A stretch of DNA of 64,000 nucleotides from an uncultured Faecalibacterium sp. (GTDB lineage Bacteria > Bacillota > Clostridia > Christensenellales > CAG-917), in NCBI GenBank assembly GCA_964495385.1, contig CAZBVO010000004.1, forward strand, positions 20,821 through 84,820, written 5' to 3'. The notes below the pieces were generated by a model. The model was not told the DNA's origin. It ran no database searches and worked only from the letters and a program-made list of their open reading frames with translations. Position numbers and translations under genes: made by a program. Below, piece after piece: positions 40,103-49,851 of the stretch (its first letter is position 1; each line of letters begins with the position of its first letter).

Positions 40103-41474
40103 AGAGTACAAAACAATCCGCGAAGTGGTCGGGCCGTTGATGCTTGTTGAGGGCGTCGAGGGCGTAAAATACGACGAACTTGTGGAAATAGTTCAGGAAA
40201 ACGGCGAAACCAGAAAAGGAAAGGTTTTGGAAGTCAATCGCGACAAGGCGCTCGTGCAGTTGTTCGAGCCGTCGCAAGGGCTTAAAATCGCCACCGCAAA
40301 AGCCAGATTTTTGGGGCGCAGTTTGTCGTTGGGCGTTTCGGAAGACATGCTCGGCCGAGTTTTTGACGGCATGGGCAACCCTAAAGACGGAGGCTCGCCG
40401 ATTATCCCCGAAATGCGTCTGGACATCAACGGCAGGCCGATAAATCCTGCTGTCAGGGATTATCCTAACGAGTTCATTCAAACGGGAATTTCGGCCATTG
40501 ACGGCCTCAATACGCTGGTTAGGGGGCAAAAGCTTCCGGTGTTCAGCGCATCCGGTTTGCCGCACAGCGAATTGGCGGCGCAGATTGCACGTCAGGCAAA
40601 AGTTTTGGGCACGGACAGCAAGTTCGCCGTTGTATTTGCCGCAGTGGGTATCACGTTCGAAGAGGCGGAATTTTTTATCAACGATTTCAGAAAGACGGGA
40701 GCAATCGAAAGGGCGGTTTTGTTTATCAACCTCGCCAACGATCCTGCCGTCGAGCGTATCGCTACGCCTCGTATGGCGTTGACCGCGGCCGAATATCTTG
40801 CCTTTGAAAAAGGTATGCACGTTTTGGTCATAACCACCGACATAACCAACTATGCCGAGGCTTTACGTGAGGTTTCGGCGGCCAGAAAAGAAGTTCCGGG
40901 CAGACGCGGATATCCGGGTTATTTGTACACCGACCTCGCTTCGATGTACGAAAGAGCCGGCCGAATCAGAGGCAAAGAGGGAAGTATCACTCAAATTCCC
41001 GTTCTCACCATGCCGGAAGACGACAAAACGCACCCTATTCCCGACCTTACCGGCTACATCACTGAGGGGCAGATTATCCTCAGCAGAGAGCTTTACAAAA
41101 AGGGCATAACCCCTCCTATCGACGTACTGCCGAGCCTGTCCCGTCTTAAAGATAAGGGCATTGGCAAGGGCAAAACCAGAGAGGATCACGCCGACACCAT
41201 GAACCAGCTGTTCTCGGCGTACGCTCAGGGCAAAGAGGCAAAGGAACTGTCGGCCATTTTGGGCGAAAGCGCACTTTCGGAATCGGACAAAAAGTTTGCG
41301 GTTTTTGCCGAGGAATTTGAAAAACGCTACGTTTCGCAGGGGTTTGAAACGGACAGATCCATAACTGAAACTCTTGATTTGGGTTGGGAACTTTTAAGGC
41401 TTTTGCCTAAATCCGAACTCAAACGTATAAGAGACGAATATATCGAAAAATATTTGAACAATGACAAGGCTTAA
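40095..41474 (+). CDS. ntpB: V-type ATPase subunit B
   Basis: The ATG at 40095 lies 6 nt after GAAGGAG (the track starts at a TTG at 40089). Motifs seen: [12 protein letters not shown]..., [25 protein letters not shown]. Confidence 0.95.
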   Translation: MLKEYKTIREVVGPLMLVEGVEGVKYDELVEIVQENGETRKGKVLEVNRDKALVQLFEPSQGLKIATAKARFLGRSLSLGVSEDMLGRVFDGMGNPKDGGSPIIPEMRLDINGRPINPAVRDYPNEFIQTGISAIDGLNTLVRGQKLPVFSASGLPHSELAAQIARQAKVLGTDSKFAVVFAAVGITFEEAEFFINDFRKTGAIERAVLFINLANDPAVERIATPRMALTAAEYLAFEKGMHVLVITTDITNYAEALREVSAARKEVPGRRGYPGYLYTDLASMYERAGRIRGKEGSITQIPVLTMPEDDKTHPIPDLTGYITEGQIILSRELYKKGITPPIDVLPSLSRLKDKGIGKGKTREDHADTMNQLFSAYAQGKEAKELSAILGESALSESDKKFAVFAEEFEKRYVSQGFETDRSITETLDLGWELLRLLPKSELKRIRDEYIEKYLNNDKA

Positions 41475-42090
41475 CGTTAACCCGACTCGCATGGAATTGA
41501 GGCGTTTGAAAGGACGTCTCAAAACCGCCGTACGGGGGCACAAACTTTTAAAAGATAAGTCGGACGAGATGGTCAGACAGTTTATGGTGTACGCTCGCCG
41601 CAACAAACAGCTTCGCGAAGAAACCGAGGCTGCGCTTTCGGATGCCTTAAAAGGCTTTATGCTGGCCCGAGCGGTTTCGGACGACAGAATAATCGAGGAA
41701 GCGGTGTTGATGCCTGCGGCACGGGTGGAAACCGAGCTTTCGACAAAATCCGTCATGAGCGTTGAGGTGCCGGAAATTAAAATCAAAGAACGCCGGCAGG
41801 AAGATATGTTTCCGTATTCTTTCTCGTCGGTAACCGCAGAACTTGACGGAAGCATTGTGACTTTGACGGAATTGGTGGCCAAAATGGTCGAGTTGGCAGA
41901 GGTGGAAAAAACCTGCAACATGCTTGCCGACGAAATCGAAAAAAACCGTCGCCGAGTCAACGCTTTGGAGTACGTTATGATTCCGCAACTGGAGGAAACC
42001 ATCAAATATATTTCGATGAAACTGGAGGAGCAGGAACGAAGCAACGTGGTCAGACTGATGAAAGTCAAGGACATGCTTGAAAACAAATAA
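41461..42090 (+). CDS. ntpD: V-type ATPase subunit D
   Basis: 209 aa with a [21 protein letters not shown]-terminus and RRVNALE near the C-terminus. A strong terminator follows. Confidence 0.9.
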   Translation: MTRLNVNPTRMELRRLKGRLKTAVRGHKLLKDKSDEMVRQFMVYARRNKQLREETEAALSDALKGFMLARAVSDDRIIEEAVLMPAARVETELSTKSVMSVEVPEIKIKERRQEDMFPYSFSSVTAELDGSIVTLTELVAKMVELAEVEKTCNMLADEIEKNRRRVNALEYVMIPQLEETIKYISMKLEEQERSNVVRLMKVKDMLENK

Positions 42091-42110
42091 CCGAATTTAA
42101 CATTTTTTTA

Positions 42111-42137
42111 CCGCGGCCTAAAGCCGTGGTTTTTTTT
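42111..42137 (+). terminator. intrinsic terminator after the V-ATPase operon
   Basis: CCGCGGC-CTAAA-GCCGTGG (one G-U pair) followed by T8. Confidence 0.8.
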
Positions 42138-42191
42138 ACAAAAACGGAATAATCGCACCGTTTCGGGCATTTATAAAAACGAGGTGATTTT

Positions 42192-42863
42192 ATGAAAAAG
42201 ATGTTTTTGGTGCTATTGACCGTGTGTGTTCTTGCCGCTTGCTTTACGGCATGCGGTCCTAAAAGCGACGAAACGATTCCGTATATCGAGAACGTAAGCC
42301 ACTATCAGACTCATGCGTACAGGGCGGACACCGAGGAATGGTCGGTGGAAATTTCGGCAGGGAGAAGAGAAAAAGATTTCAGAGCCGACGGAAAAGTAGG
42401 CGAAACCGCCGATTTTCAACTTGTAAAAATAAGCCCGAAAAGCAAATCCGAGGCAAAGGAATTGGATTTTGTGCTTACTTATTCGGGCGGCGAAATTTCC
42501 GCTAAGGCTCAAAAGGACCGCTTTGGCCCGGGATATTCCGCCTACGTCGACGTCGGAGAGGGCATGGACGGATTGGAAAAGATAAAAATCGGGGATTCGG
42601 ATGCGGTCGAACTCGAAAATCTGCTTGCCGACAAAATCGGTTGGACGGACGCTTTTAAGGTCGCTACGGAGGAGCTGAAGGATTTTATCGCCGCCAACCT
42701 CGACGAATCCGGAAACTTTAAAAAGGAAATTTGCGTAAAGTATCTTTTGAACCCGTACGACGGCAGCGGCGAGTACTATTGGTACGTCGCATTTATGGGC
42801 GAGGGGTTTGATTATACGGCAATTTTGATCGATCCGACAACGGGAAAAATCGTTTCGAAGTAG
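42192..42863 (+). CDS. putative lipoprotein, possibly with a C-terminal PepSY-like fold
   Basis: MKKMFLVLLTVCVLAACFTAC has a lipobox. The C-terminal ...YYWYVAFMG..YTAILIDPTTGKIVSK resembles the end of PepSY domains. This assignment is weak. Confidence 0.55.
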   Translation: MKKMFLVLLTVCVLAACFTACGPKSDETIPYIENVSHYQTHAYRADTEEWSVEISAGRREKDFRADGKVGETADFQLVKISPKSKSEAKELDFVLTYSGGEISAKAQKDRFGPGYSAYVDVGEGMDGLEKIKIGDSDAVELENLLADKIGWTDAFKVATEELKDFIAANLDESGNFKKEICVKYLLNPYDGSGEYYWYVAFMGEGFDYTAILIDPTTGKIVSK

Positions 42864-42903
42864 TTAAATCGGCAAAAGTTTAACCGAAGGACGGACGTAA
42901 AAG

Positions 42904-43653
42904 ATGACTATTGTTGTTTTGACTGCGTTGGGAGTTGGCGGCGCAACCGTATTGGGCGCAGTGTTCGGATTTTTGTTTAAGGGTACGTCGCAAAGAACAA
43001 ACGATGCCATGCTTGGTTTTTCCGCCGGTGTTATGCTGTCGGCGGCGGCCACCGGGCTTATTGCGCCGTCGCTGGATATGGGCGGAAAGTGGGCTGTAGC
43101 CGTTACCGTCGGGGGAATTTTTTTAGGTAGCGCCGCAGTCGGATTGGCGGAAACGTTTATCGACAACAAGATGACCAAAAAACTTGGCAAAAACGACGTT
43201 TATGGCAAAAAAATGCAAAAAACGATGCTTTTTGTGGCCGCTATTGCAATCCATAATCTGCCAGAAGGCATAGCTGCAGGCGTAGGCTTCGGCGGTGGAA
43301 ACACCTCGAAAGCATTGACCGTGGCTGTAGCGATAGCGTTGCAAAATTTCCCCGAGGGAATGGCTGTTTGCGCGCCGATGATTGCCGCAGGACAAAAAAA
43401 GGGCAAAACCTTTTTGATTGCTTCGCTTACGGGATTTGTTGAGGTCGTAGGCACGTTCATCGGCTATTTTGCCGCCGCACTGTCCGAAAAACTGTTGCCG
43501 TTGTTTTTGGCGTTTGCAGGGGGGACCATGGTTTACGTCATAACCGACGGACTCATACCGTCCGCGCACGAAAACGGCAACGGCAAAATTGCGACTTGGT
43601 GGCTTATCGCAGGATATTCGTTGATGCTTGTTACCGACTTTGTTTTTGCATAA
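42904..43653 (+). CDS. ZIP family divalent metal transporter (ZupT/GufA-like)
   Basis: 249 aa, multi-TM, with the HNLPEGIA and QNFPEGMAV signature helices. Confidence 0.85.
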   Translation: MTIVVLTALGVGGATVLGAVFGFLFKGTSQRTNDAMLGFSAGVMLSAAATGLIAPSLDMGGKWAVAVTVGGIFLGSAAVGLAETFIDNKMTKKLGKNDVYGKKMQKTMLFVAAIAIHNLPEGIAAGVGFGGGNTSKALTVAVAIALQNFPEGMAVCAPMIAAGQKKGKTFLIASLTGFVEVVGTFIGYFAAALSEKLLPLFLAFAGGTMVYVITDGLIPSAHENGNGKIATWWLIAGYSLMLVTDFVFA

Positions 43654-43656
43654 AAC

Positions 43657-43678
43657 AAGCCCGCCGTGCGGCGGGCTT
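43657..43678. terminator. GC-rich hairpin between the convergent ZIP and GH3 genes
   Basis: AAGCCCGC...GCGGGCTT. The U-tracts are weak in both directions. Confidence 0.5.
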
Positions 43679-43686
43679 AAAACTTT

Positions 43687-46110
43687 TTATTTGTTTTTCT
43701 TTTTGAAGCCGGCGCAGAATTTTCTGAAGCCGCCTTTTTCTTTGTTGAGCATCATCACAAGTCCGTCGACGGTCATAGGGGACAGGATGCCGCCCGAATA
43801 GCCGCTGAATGCCCTCAAAGGCATGGTTTTGATGGACTCGACGATCATTGCGCTGTTGGCCGCACTGCCTGCAACCAGCTTGCCGCCACCCGACAAAACG
43901 TTGTAGAGGAATTTGCCCAGCGGCACCGATTTGACGTCGGACATCGAACTGTTAGGGGTAAATTCGCCGCGTTGTTGCTGATGGTTTTCAGGGATGGCTT
44001 GTCCGTAGAGAGCTTCAAATTGATCTTTCGGCCAATCCTTGACGTTTTGGACGTCGAAGTAAACAGGGGCGATTGCCTTGTAATCTCTCACCGGTTGTTT
44101 TTCGGAAGTGAGGGTAACTTCGCCGCTCAGGCGGATGTCACGGGACGAGGCACCTACGAGAATTTCGTATTTGCCCGCTTCGGCGTACCAGTCGTTGGTT
44201 TCGGTGTTGTAGAAGCTGAAGCTGCGCTTGTCGAGGTTTATGGAAACGGAAACCGTTTCGCCTGCTTTAACAAACACTTTGTCAAAACCTTTAAGTTCTT
44301 TTTCGGCCTTGAAAACGGAGCATTCCGGATCGCGGACGTAAACCTGAACAACTTCCTTGCCGTCAACTTTGCCGGTGTTGGTGACGTTGAAGGTTACGGT
44401 GAGCGTGTCGCTGTCGGAAACGGTTTGTTTGTCCAGTTTCAGGTCGCTGTATTCGAACGTGGTGTAGCTGAGGCCGTAGCCGAACGGGAAGCGAACGTCG
44501 AGTTTTGCGCTGTCGTACCAACGGTAACCGACGTAAATGCTTTCGCGGTATTCAACGTATTGCGGTCCCATCGGGAACAATTTTGCCGCCGAGCAGCTTT
44601 CGTTTGCATACGGATAGGTTTCGGCCAGTTTGCCGGACGGATTGACTTTGCCGAGCAGAAGGTCAACCGTTGCTTCGGCAACTGCCTGTCCGCCGAGATA
44701 GGTGTTCAAAACGGCCTTTGCGTCGTCGAACCAAGGGAGAACGACAGGGGAGCCGCCTTGCAGCACGAATATGGTGTCCGGACGGATTTTAAGAAGTTCC
44801 ATGGCCAATTTGTTGTGGCCCAAAGGAAGTTCCATATGAGTTCTGTCGAAGCCTTCGCTTTCGTAGATGTCGGTGAGGCCGATGAAGCAGACCACTTTGT
44901 CGGCAGTTTTTGCGCTTTCCAGTGCTTTGTCCAAAAGTTTTTGGCTGAAGCCGTCCTTTTTGAGGCTGTAGCCTTCCGAATAAGTGAAGTTGACGCCTTC
45001 TTTAGTCAGAACGTCAAGCACGCTGTTGAGGTAGGTAGGGACGATGTGGCTGGAGCCGCTTCCTTGATATCTTACCACTTCGGCCAGTTTGCCGATGACG
45101 GTGATTTTGTCGGTTTTGGAAAGAGGAAGCAGGCTGTCGTCGTTTTTAAGAAGCACCGAGCTTTCGGCCGCAACCTTGCGAGCGAATTCGTGATGTGCTT
45201 CGTAATCGGCTTTTTTGCCTGCGTTTTCGGCTTTGCGGTCGGCGCATTCGCTTATGTAGCGGAGCATCCTTTCGACAACGACGTCCAATTCCTCCATAGT
45301 GAGGGTGCCTTCGTTTACGGCTTTGACGATGCGGCGATCGTTCATGCCTTTGTTGCCCGGCATTTCCAAATCCAATCCGCCTTTCAAGCCCAAAACTCTG
45401 TCGTCGGTTGCGCCCCAGTCGGAGACAACGATGCCCTTAAATCCCCATTCTTCGCGGAGGATTTCGGTGAGCATGCGTCTGCTGTCGGAGACAAATTCGC
45501 CGTTCAACATATTGTAACTGCACATAACCTGCTGAGGTTGAGCGCGTTTTACGGTGTTTTCGAAAGCAGGAAGATAAATTTCCCTCAAAGTGCGTTCGTC
45601 GATTTTGGCGTCGATGGACATGCGCAGATATTCCTGGTTGTTGCCTGCATAGTGTTTGAGGCTGCAACCTACGCCGGTGCTTTGCAAACCGTTGACGTAA
45701 GCGGTTGCCATTTCGCCCGCGAGGAACGGATCTTCCGAGAAGTACTCGAAGTTGCGGCCGCAAAGAGGGCTACGCTTGATGTTGGTGCCCGGGCCGAGGA
45801 CGGTGGATACGCCCTGATCGATGGCTTCTTCGCCGATGGCTTTGCCGACGCCTGCCACAAGCTGTCTGTCCCAACCGGATGCCGTGGTGACGGCGGTAGG
45901 GAAGCAGGTGGAAGGTTGACTGCCTTTCATGATGTTGGTGCCGCTGCTTTTTTGGATTTCTTTTCTCAATCCGTGAGGGCCGTCGGTCATCATGACGGAA
46001 GGTACTCCCAATCTTTCGACGGCTTTGGTCAGCCAGAAGGTTTTTCCGGAGCAAAGGCCCGCTTTTTCTTCGAGGGTAAGCTCGGACAAAACTTTTTTGA
46101 TGTCAATCAT
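43687..46110 (-). CDS. glycoside hydrolase family 3 beta-glucosidase (cytoplasmic, about 800-aa type with Fn3-like domain)
   Basis: 807 aa with MTDGPHGLRK, SDWGA (nucleophile Asp region) and GGQAVAEA..GKVNPSGKL motifs. No signal peptide. GGAGG SD. Confidence 0.9.
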   Translation of the reverse strand: MIDIKKVLSELTLEEKAGLCSGKTFWLTKAVERLGVPSVMMTDGPHGLRKEIQKSSGTNIMKGSQPSTCFPTAVTTASGWDRQLVAGVGKAIGEEAIDQGVSTVLGPGTNIKRSPLCGRNFEYFSEDPFLAGEMATAYVNGLQSTGVGCSLKHYAGNNQEYLRMSIDAKIDERTLREIYLPAFENTVKRAQPQQVMCSYNMLNGEFVSDSRRMLTEILREEWGFKGIVVSDWGATDDRVLGLKGGLDLEMPGNKGMNDRRIVKAVNEGTLTMEELDVVVERMLRYISECADRKAENAGKKADYEAHHEFARKVAAESSVLLKNDDSLLPLSKTDKITVIGKLAEVVRYQGSGSSHIVPTYLNSVLDVLTKEGVNFTYSEGYSLKKDGFSQKLLDKALESAKTADKVVCFIGLTDIYESEGFDRTHMELPLGHNKLAMELLKIRPDTIFVLQGGSPVVLPWFDDAKAVLNTYLGGQAVAEATVDLLLGKVNPSGKLAETYPYANESCSAAKLFPMGPQYVEYRESIYVGYRWYDSAKLDVRFPFGYGLSYTTFEYSDLKLDKQTVSDSDTLTVTFNVTNTGKVDGKEVVQVYVRDPECSVFKAEKELKGFDKVFVKAGETVSVSINLDKRSFSFYNTETNDWYAEAGKYEILVGASSRDIRLSGEVTLTSEKQPVRDYKAIAPVYFDVQNVKDWPKDQFEALYGQAIPENHQQQRGEFTPNSSMSDVKSVPLGKFLYNVLSGGGKLVAGSAANSAMIVESIKTMPLRAFSGYSGGILSPMTVDGLVMMLNKEKGGFRKFCAGFKKKNK

Positions 46111-46175
46111 AATTTGCCTCCAAGGTGTGTATTTAAAACCAAATTGAAAAAACCGGTTTTGGTGCGGTTAAGTAA

Positions 46176-46204
46176 ATTATACAACCGAGGCCCGATCTTT
46201 TCAA
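46176..46204 (-). promoter_or_regulatory. promoter candidate for the GH3 gene (TTGAAA-17-TATAAT on the minus strand)
   Basis: The reverse complement of 46199-46204 is TTGAAA, and that of 46176-46181 is TATAAT. Confidence 0.55.
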
Positions 46205-46355
46205 TAAAAATACGGTTTAGTTTTATAACTATTTTATTGTAGCAAAAATAACGTTTGTTTGCAAGTGTTTAAATGCTTTGCCTTGACACAATCGAAAAAA
46301 ACGTCGCAAAAATGGCCGACTGTAAAATATCGGCCGCAACCCGACGGCTATTTGT

Positions 46356-46384
46356 TTGACTTTGGCTCGCAAATGCGTTACAAT
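46356..46384 (+). promoter_or_regulatory. promoter candidate TTGACT-17-TACAAT for pgsA-valS
   Basis: TTGACT at 46356-46361, TACAAT at 46379-46384. Confidence 0.6.
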
Positions 46385-46420
46385 TTTGTTTGCAACATTA
46401 TTTTTTAGGAGTGTTAAATT

Positions 46421-47134
46421 ATGGCAAAACATAAACGCCAATTCGTTTTCAAAAAGGAAGAAGCACTTTGGGTGCCAAACCTTATCACTTATTTCAGAAT
46501 GCTGTGCATTCCGGTATTTTGCGTCCTGTGCCTCGTCGGAGGACTTACCGACAGAATTTCGTTGGTTTACTGGTCGCTCGGCGTGTTCGTCGTTGCGGCT
46601 GTCAGCGATTTGTTTGACGGCAAAATCGCCAGAAAATACAATCTTGTCAGCGACATCGGCAAGGTGTTCGATCCGCTTGCGGACAAGGCTATGCACATTT
46701 GCGTTTTGGTTTGCCTGTGCATCATCGGATATATTCCGTGGTACGTTGTCGCTTTCATCATTTTGAAGGAACTCGTTATGGTTTGCATGAGCCCTGTTTT
46801 CGTTTCGAGGGGCATTGTTATTCCTGCCGTGTATGCAGGCAAAATCGCTTCGGCTTGGATAAGCGTTTCGGTTGTGGTTACGTTTTTCCACGAACTGCTT
46901 GTTCAGCACGTTTCTTTCAACGTGGGAAGCTTGCTTGTTACGCCTGATTGGATTATGCTTATCATCGGATGCGTGCTTGCAGCATACGCCGCCGGCACTT
47001 ACATCGTTATCGGCAACAGAAAAATGCAGGAATACCGTCGCCGTCGCAAGGCAGGCGAAATCGACCGCTATGGTCAACCTCTTAATAAGGACGGGGACGT
47101 CGTCGAAAACACCGCCGGCGAAGCTCAGGCATAA
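46421..47134 (+). CDS. pgsA: CDP-alcohol phosphatidyltransferase (PgsA-like) with about 45-aa hydrophilic C-terminal extension
   Basis: 237 aa with the motif DLFDGKIARKYNLVSDIGKVFDPLADK (D-G-x2-A-R-x8-G-x3-D-x3-D). AGGAG SD. Confidence 0.8.
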   Translation: MAKHKRQFVFKKEEALWVPNLITYFRMLCIPVFCVLCLVGGLTDRISLVYWSLGVFVVAAVSDLFDGKIARKYNLVSDIGKVFDPLADKAMHICVLVCLCIIGYIPWYVVAFIILKELVMVCMSPVFVSRGIVIPAVYAGKIASAWISVSVVVTFFHELLVQHVSFNVGSLLVTPDWIMLIIGCVLAAYAAGTYIVIGNRKMQEYRRRRKAGEIDRYGQPLNKDGDVVENTAGEAQA

Positions 47135-47151
47135 ACATCGGAGATTAAGTT

Positions 47152-49767
47152 ATGGAAAAAACCTATCAACCTCAATCGTTTGAAAAAAAACTGTACGATT
47201 TTTGGTGTGAAAACGGCTATTTCGGCGCAAAACCGAACCCGGATAAGGAGCCGTTTACCATTGTTATGCCGCCTCCAAACATCACGGGGCAGCTGCATAT
47301 GGGGCACGCCTTGGACGAAACCGTTCAGGACATCATCATTCGTTTCAAACGTATGGACGGTTACGAGGCATTGTGGATTCCGGGCACGGACCACGCAAGC
47401 ATCGCAACCGAAGTTAAAATAGTCGACAAATTGAAGGCCGAAGGCCTTGACAAGCGCGAAATCGGCAGAGAAGAATTTTTGCGTCGAGCATGGGAATGGA
47501 AGGCTCAATACGGCGGCCGCATAGTCGAACAGCTTAAAAAACTCGGTTCGAGCTGCGACTGGTCGAGAGAAGCGTTTACCATGGACGACAATCTGTCGGC
47601 GGCGGTCGGCGAAGTTTTTTGCAAACTTTACGACAAAGGCCTTATTTACCGAGGCGACAGAATAATCAACTGGTGCCCGACTTGCGGCACGGCTCTTTCG
47701 GATGCCGAAGTCGAATATTCGGAAAAAGACAGCTTTCTGTGGCATTTCAGATATCCGCTTAAAGACGGCTCGGGCTATATCGAAGTTGCGACAACCCGTC
47801 CCGAAACCATCCCGGGCGACACCGCCGTTGCGGTAAACCCTAAGGATGAAAAGTACAAACATCTTGTCGGAAAAACCCTCATTTTGCCGGTAAACGGCAG
47901 GGAAATACCTATTGTTGCCGACTCTTACGTCGAAATGGGCTTCGGAAGCGGTGCGGTTAAAATCACCCCTGCACACGATCCTAACGACTTTGAAGTGGGC
48001 CTTAGGCACGATTTGCCGGTCATCAGAGTTATGGACGACCACGGCGTTATGAACGAACTTGCCGGCAAGTACAACGGCCTCACCCGTGACGAATGCCGCA
48101 AGCAAATCGTCGAGGACTTGAAAGAGGGCGGATATCTCGTAAAAATCGAACCTTACAAACACAACGTCGGCGAATGCTACCGTTGCGGAACCATAGTCGA
48201 ACCAATCGTAAGCAAACAGTGGTTCGTCAAAATGAAACCGCTTGCCGAACCGGCAATTGCGGCGGTAAGAAAACGTAAGGTGGAGTTTATCCCTAACCGC
48301 TTTGAAAAAATTTACTTCAACTGGATGGAAAACGTCCGTGATTGGTGCATAAGCCGTCAGCTGTGGTGGGGACACCGCATCCCGGCATACTACTGCGACG
48401 ACTGCGGCGAAATGACCGTTTCAAAAACCAAGGTTGAAGTTTGCCCTAAGTGCGGCGGACGTCATATACGTCAGGACGAAGACGTTTTGGACACCTGGTT
48501 CAGCAGTGCACTGTGGCCGTTCAGCACACTCGGCTATCCTAAAAAGACAAAGGATTTGGAGTATTTTTATCCGACAAACGTCCTTGTTACGGCATACGAC
48601 ATCATATTCTTCTGGGTTGCCCGCATGATTTTCAGCGGCATCGAAAATATGGGCGAAGTTCCGTTCTCGGAAGTTCTTATTCACGGTTTGGTTCGTGACA
48701 GTCAGGGCAGAAAGATGTCCAAATCGCTGGGCAACGGCATCGATCCGTTGGAAATTATCGACAAATACGGCGCAGATACTTTGCGTTTCAGCCTCGCAAC
48801 AGGCATCGCTCCGGGCAGCGACACCCGCTATTCGGAAGAAAAGGTCGAGTCCTGCCGCAACTTCATGAACAAACTTTGGAACGCAAGCCGCTTCCTCGTC
48901 ATGAACATGGAGGGCAAGGAACTTAAGGATATTTCCGAACTCAGGAAGCTTCCTGTCGACAAGTGGATTCTTACAAAACTTCAAACGCTGATTAAGGAAG
49001 TTACCATAAACCTCAATAAGTACGAAATCGGCCTTGCCGCCGCAAAGATTTACGACTTTGTTTGGTCGGATTTCTGCGACTGGTACATCGAAATGGAAAA
49101 ACCGTTGCTTTACGGCGACAACGAAAAGATGAAGATTCATGCGCTCAGCATGCTTCGCTACGTCTTGGACACCGTTTTGAAACTTTTGCATCCGTTCGTG
49201 CCGTTTATAACCGAGGAGATTTATCAAATTCTGCACCCGGGCAAAGCGCTTATCGTAGAGGAGTGGCCTAAATACAACAAGAGGCTTGCTTATGCGGCCG
49301 AAGCAAAGGCGTTCGAGGGCGTTATGGGGCTTATAAAGGCCGTAAGAAACATCCGTGCCGAAATGAACGTCGTGCCTTCCAAGCGCGTTACGTTGCTTAT
49401 TAAGGACAACGAGCGCAGGCCGTTCTTTGAAAAAACGTCCATGTTCATCGAAAAACTGGCAGGGGCGTCGCACGTCGAATTCGTAAAAGAGAAGCCGACC
49501 GACGTCAAGGTTTCCACGGCAGTTTCGGACAGCGTCGAAGTGTATATTCCGCTGGGTGAACTCGTCGACACCGAAAAGGAAATCGCCCGTCTTAGCAAGG
49601 AGCTTGAAAACACCGAAAAGGAAATTGCCCGTGCCGAAGGCATGTTGGCAAATCAAAAGTTTATCCTCAATGCTCCAAAGGCTTTGGTCGAAAAGGAAAA
49701 AGACAAGCTCGAAAGGTATCGCCAACTGCGCACGAAACTTGCCGAGCAAATCGAAAATCTTAAATAA
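47152..49767 (+). CDS. valS: valine--tRNA ligase
   Basis: 871 aa with PPPNITGQLHMGHAL (HIGH) and KMSKSLGN (KMSKS). It has a C-terminal coiled coil. Confidence 0.95.
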   Translation: MEKTYQPQSFEKKLYDFWCENGYFGAKPNPDKEPFTIVMPPPNITGQLHMGHALDETVQDIIIRFKRMDGYEALWIPGTDHASIATEVKIVDKLKAEGLDKREIGREEFLRRAWEWKAQYGGRIVEQLKKLGSSCDWSREAFTMDDNLSAAVGEVFCKLYDKGLIYRGDRIINWCPTCGTALSDAEVEYSEKDSFLWHFRYPLKDGSGYIEVATTRPETIPGDTAVAVNPKDEKYKHLVGKTLILPVNGREIPIVADSYVEMGFGSGAVKITPAHDPNDFEVGLRHDLPVIRVMDDHGVMNELAGKYNGLTRDECRKQIVEDLKEGGYLVKIEPYKHNVGECYRCGTIVEPIVSKQWFVKMKPLAEPAIAAVRKRKVEFIPNRFEKIYFNWMENVRDWCISRQLWWGHRIPAYYCDDCGEMTVSKTKVEVCPKCGGRHIRQDEDVLDTWFSSALWPFSTLGYPKKTKDLEYFYPTNVLVTAYDIIFFWVARMIFSGIENMGEVPFSEVLIHGLVRDSQGRKMSKSLGNGIDPLEIIDKYGADTLRFSLATGIAPGSDTRYSEEKVESCRNFMNKLWNASRFLVMNMEGKELKDISELRKLPVDKWILTKLQTLIKEVTINLNKYEIGLAAAKIYDFVWSDFCDWYIEMEKPLLYGDNEKMKIHALSMLRYVLDTVLKLLHPFVPFITEEIYQILHPGKALIVEEWPKYNKRLAYAAEAKAFEGVMGLIKAVRNIRAEMNVVPSKRVTLLIKDNERRPFFEKTSMFIEKLAGASHVEFVKEKPTDVKVSTAVSDSVEVYIPLGELVDTEKEIARLSKELENTEKEIARAEGMLANQKFILNAPKALVEKEKDKLERYRQLRTKLAEQIENLK

Positions 49768-49773
49768 AAAACT

Positions 49774-49805
49774 AAAAGACCGACAAATTTTTGTCGGTCT
49801 TTTTG
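49774..49805. terminator. bidirectional terminator between valS and the radical SAM gene
   Basis: AGACCGACAA-ATTT-TTGTCGGTCT, flanked by AAAA on the left and TTTT on the right. Confidence 0.8.
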
Positions 49806-49851
49806 TTTCGTGTGTATGTCGGCAAAAAAAACGGTTTTGAGAGTTTAAAAC

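Noticed and set aside
38306-40111. A 601-aa ORF antisense to V-ATPase subunit A.
   Set aside because: The reasoning is the same as for the GH3 antisense ORF. The sense frame encodes a textbook A subunit with a P-loop. The antisense product has no recognisable features.
42863-42884. A possible Zur box upstream of the ZIP transporter (GTTAAATCGGCAAAAGTTTAAC).
   Set aside because: Only the left half (AAATCG) resembles the Firmicute Zur consensus AAATCGTAAT-N-ATTACGATTT. The right half does not match. It is a 6-bp inverted repeat that could arise by chance.
43972-46242. A 756-aa ORF on the + strand that covers the whole GH3 locus.
   Set aside because: The minus-strand frame carries unmistakable GH3 motifs. 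The + strand ORF is F/V/A/G-rich low-complexity sequence with no SD. It is explained by the scarcity of TTA, CTA and TCA codons in the real frame, and is therefore a shadow ORF.
46111-46420. The 310-nt divergent GH3/pgsA intergenic region considered as a possible riboswitch or T-box.
   Set aside because: It contains two good divergent promoters and only short palindromes (for example AAAACCGGTTTT). I recognise no conserved riboswitch core sequences.
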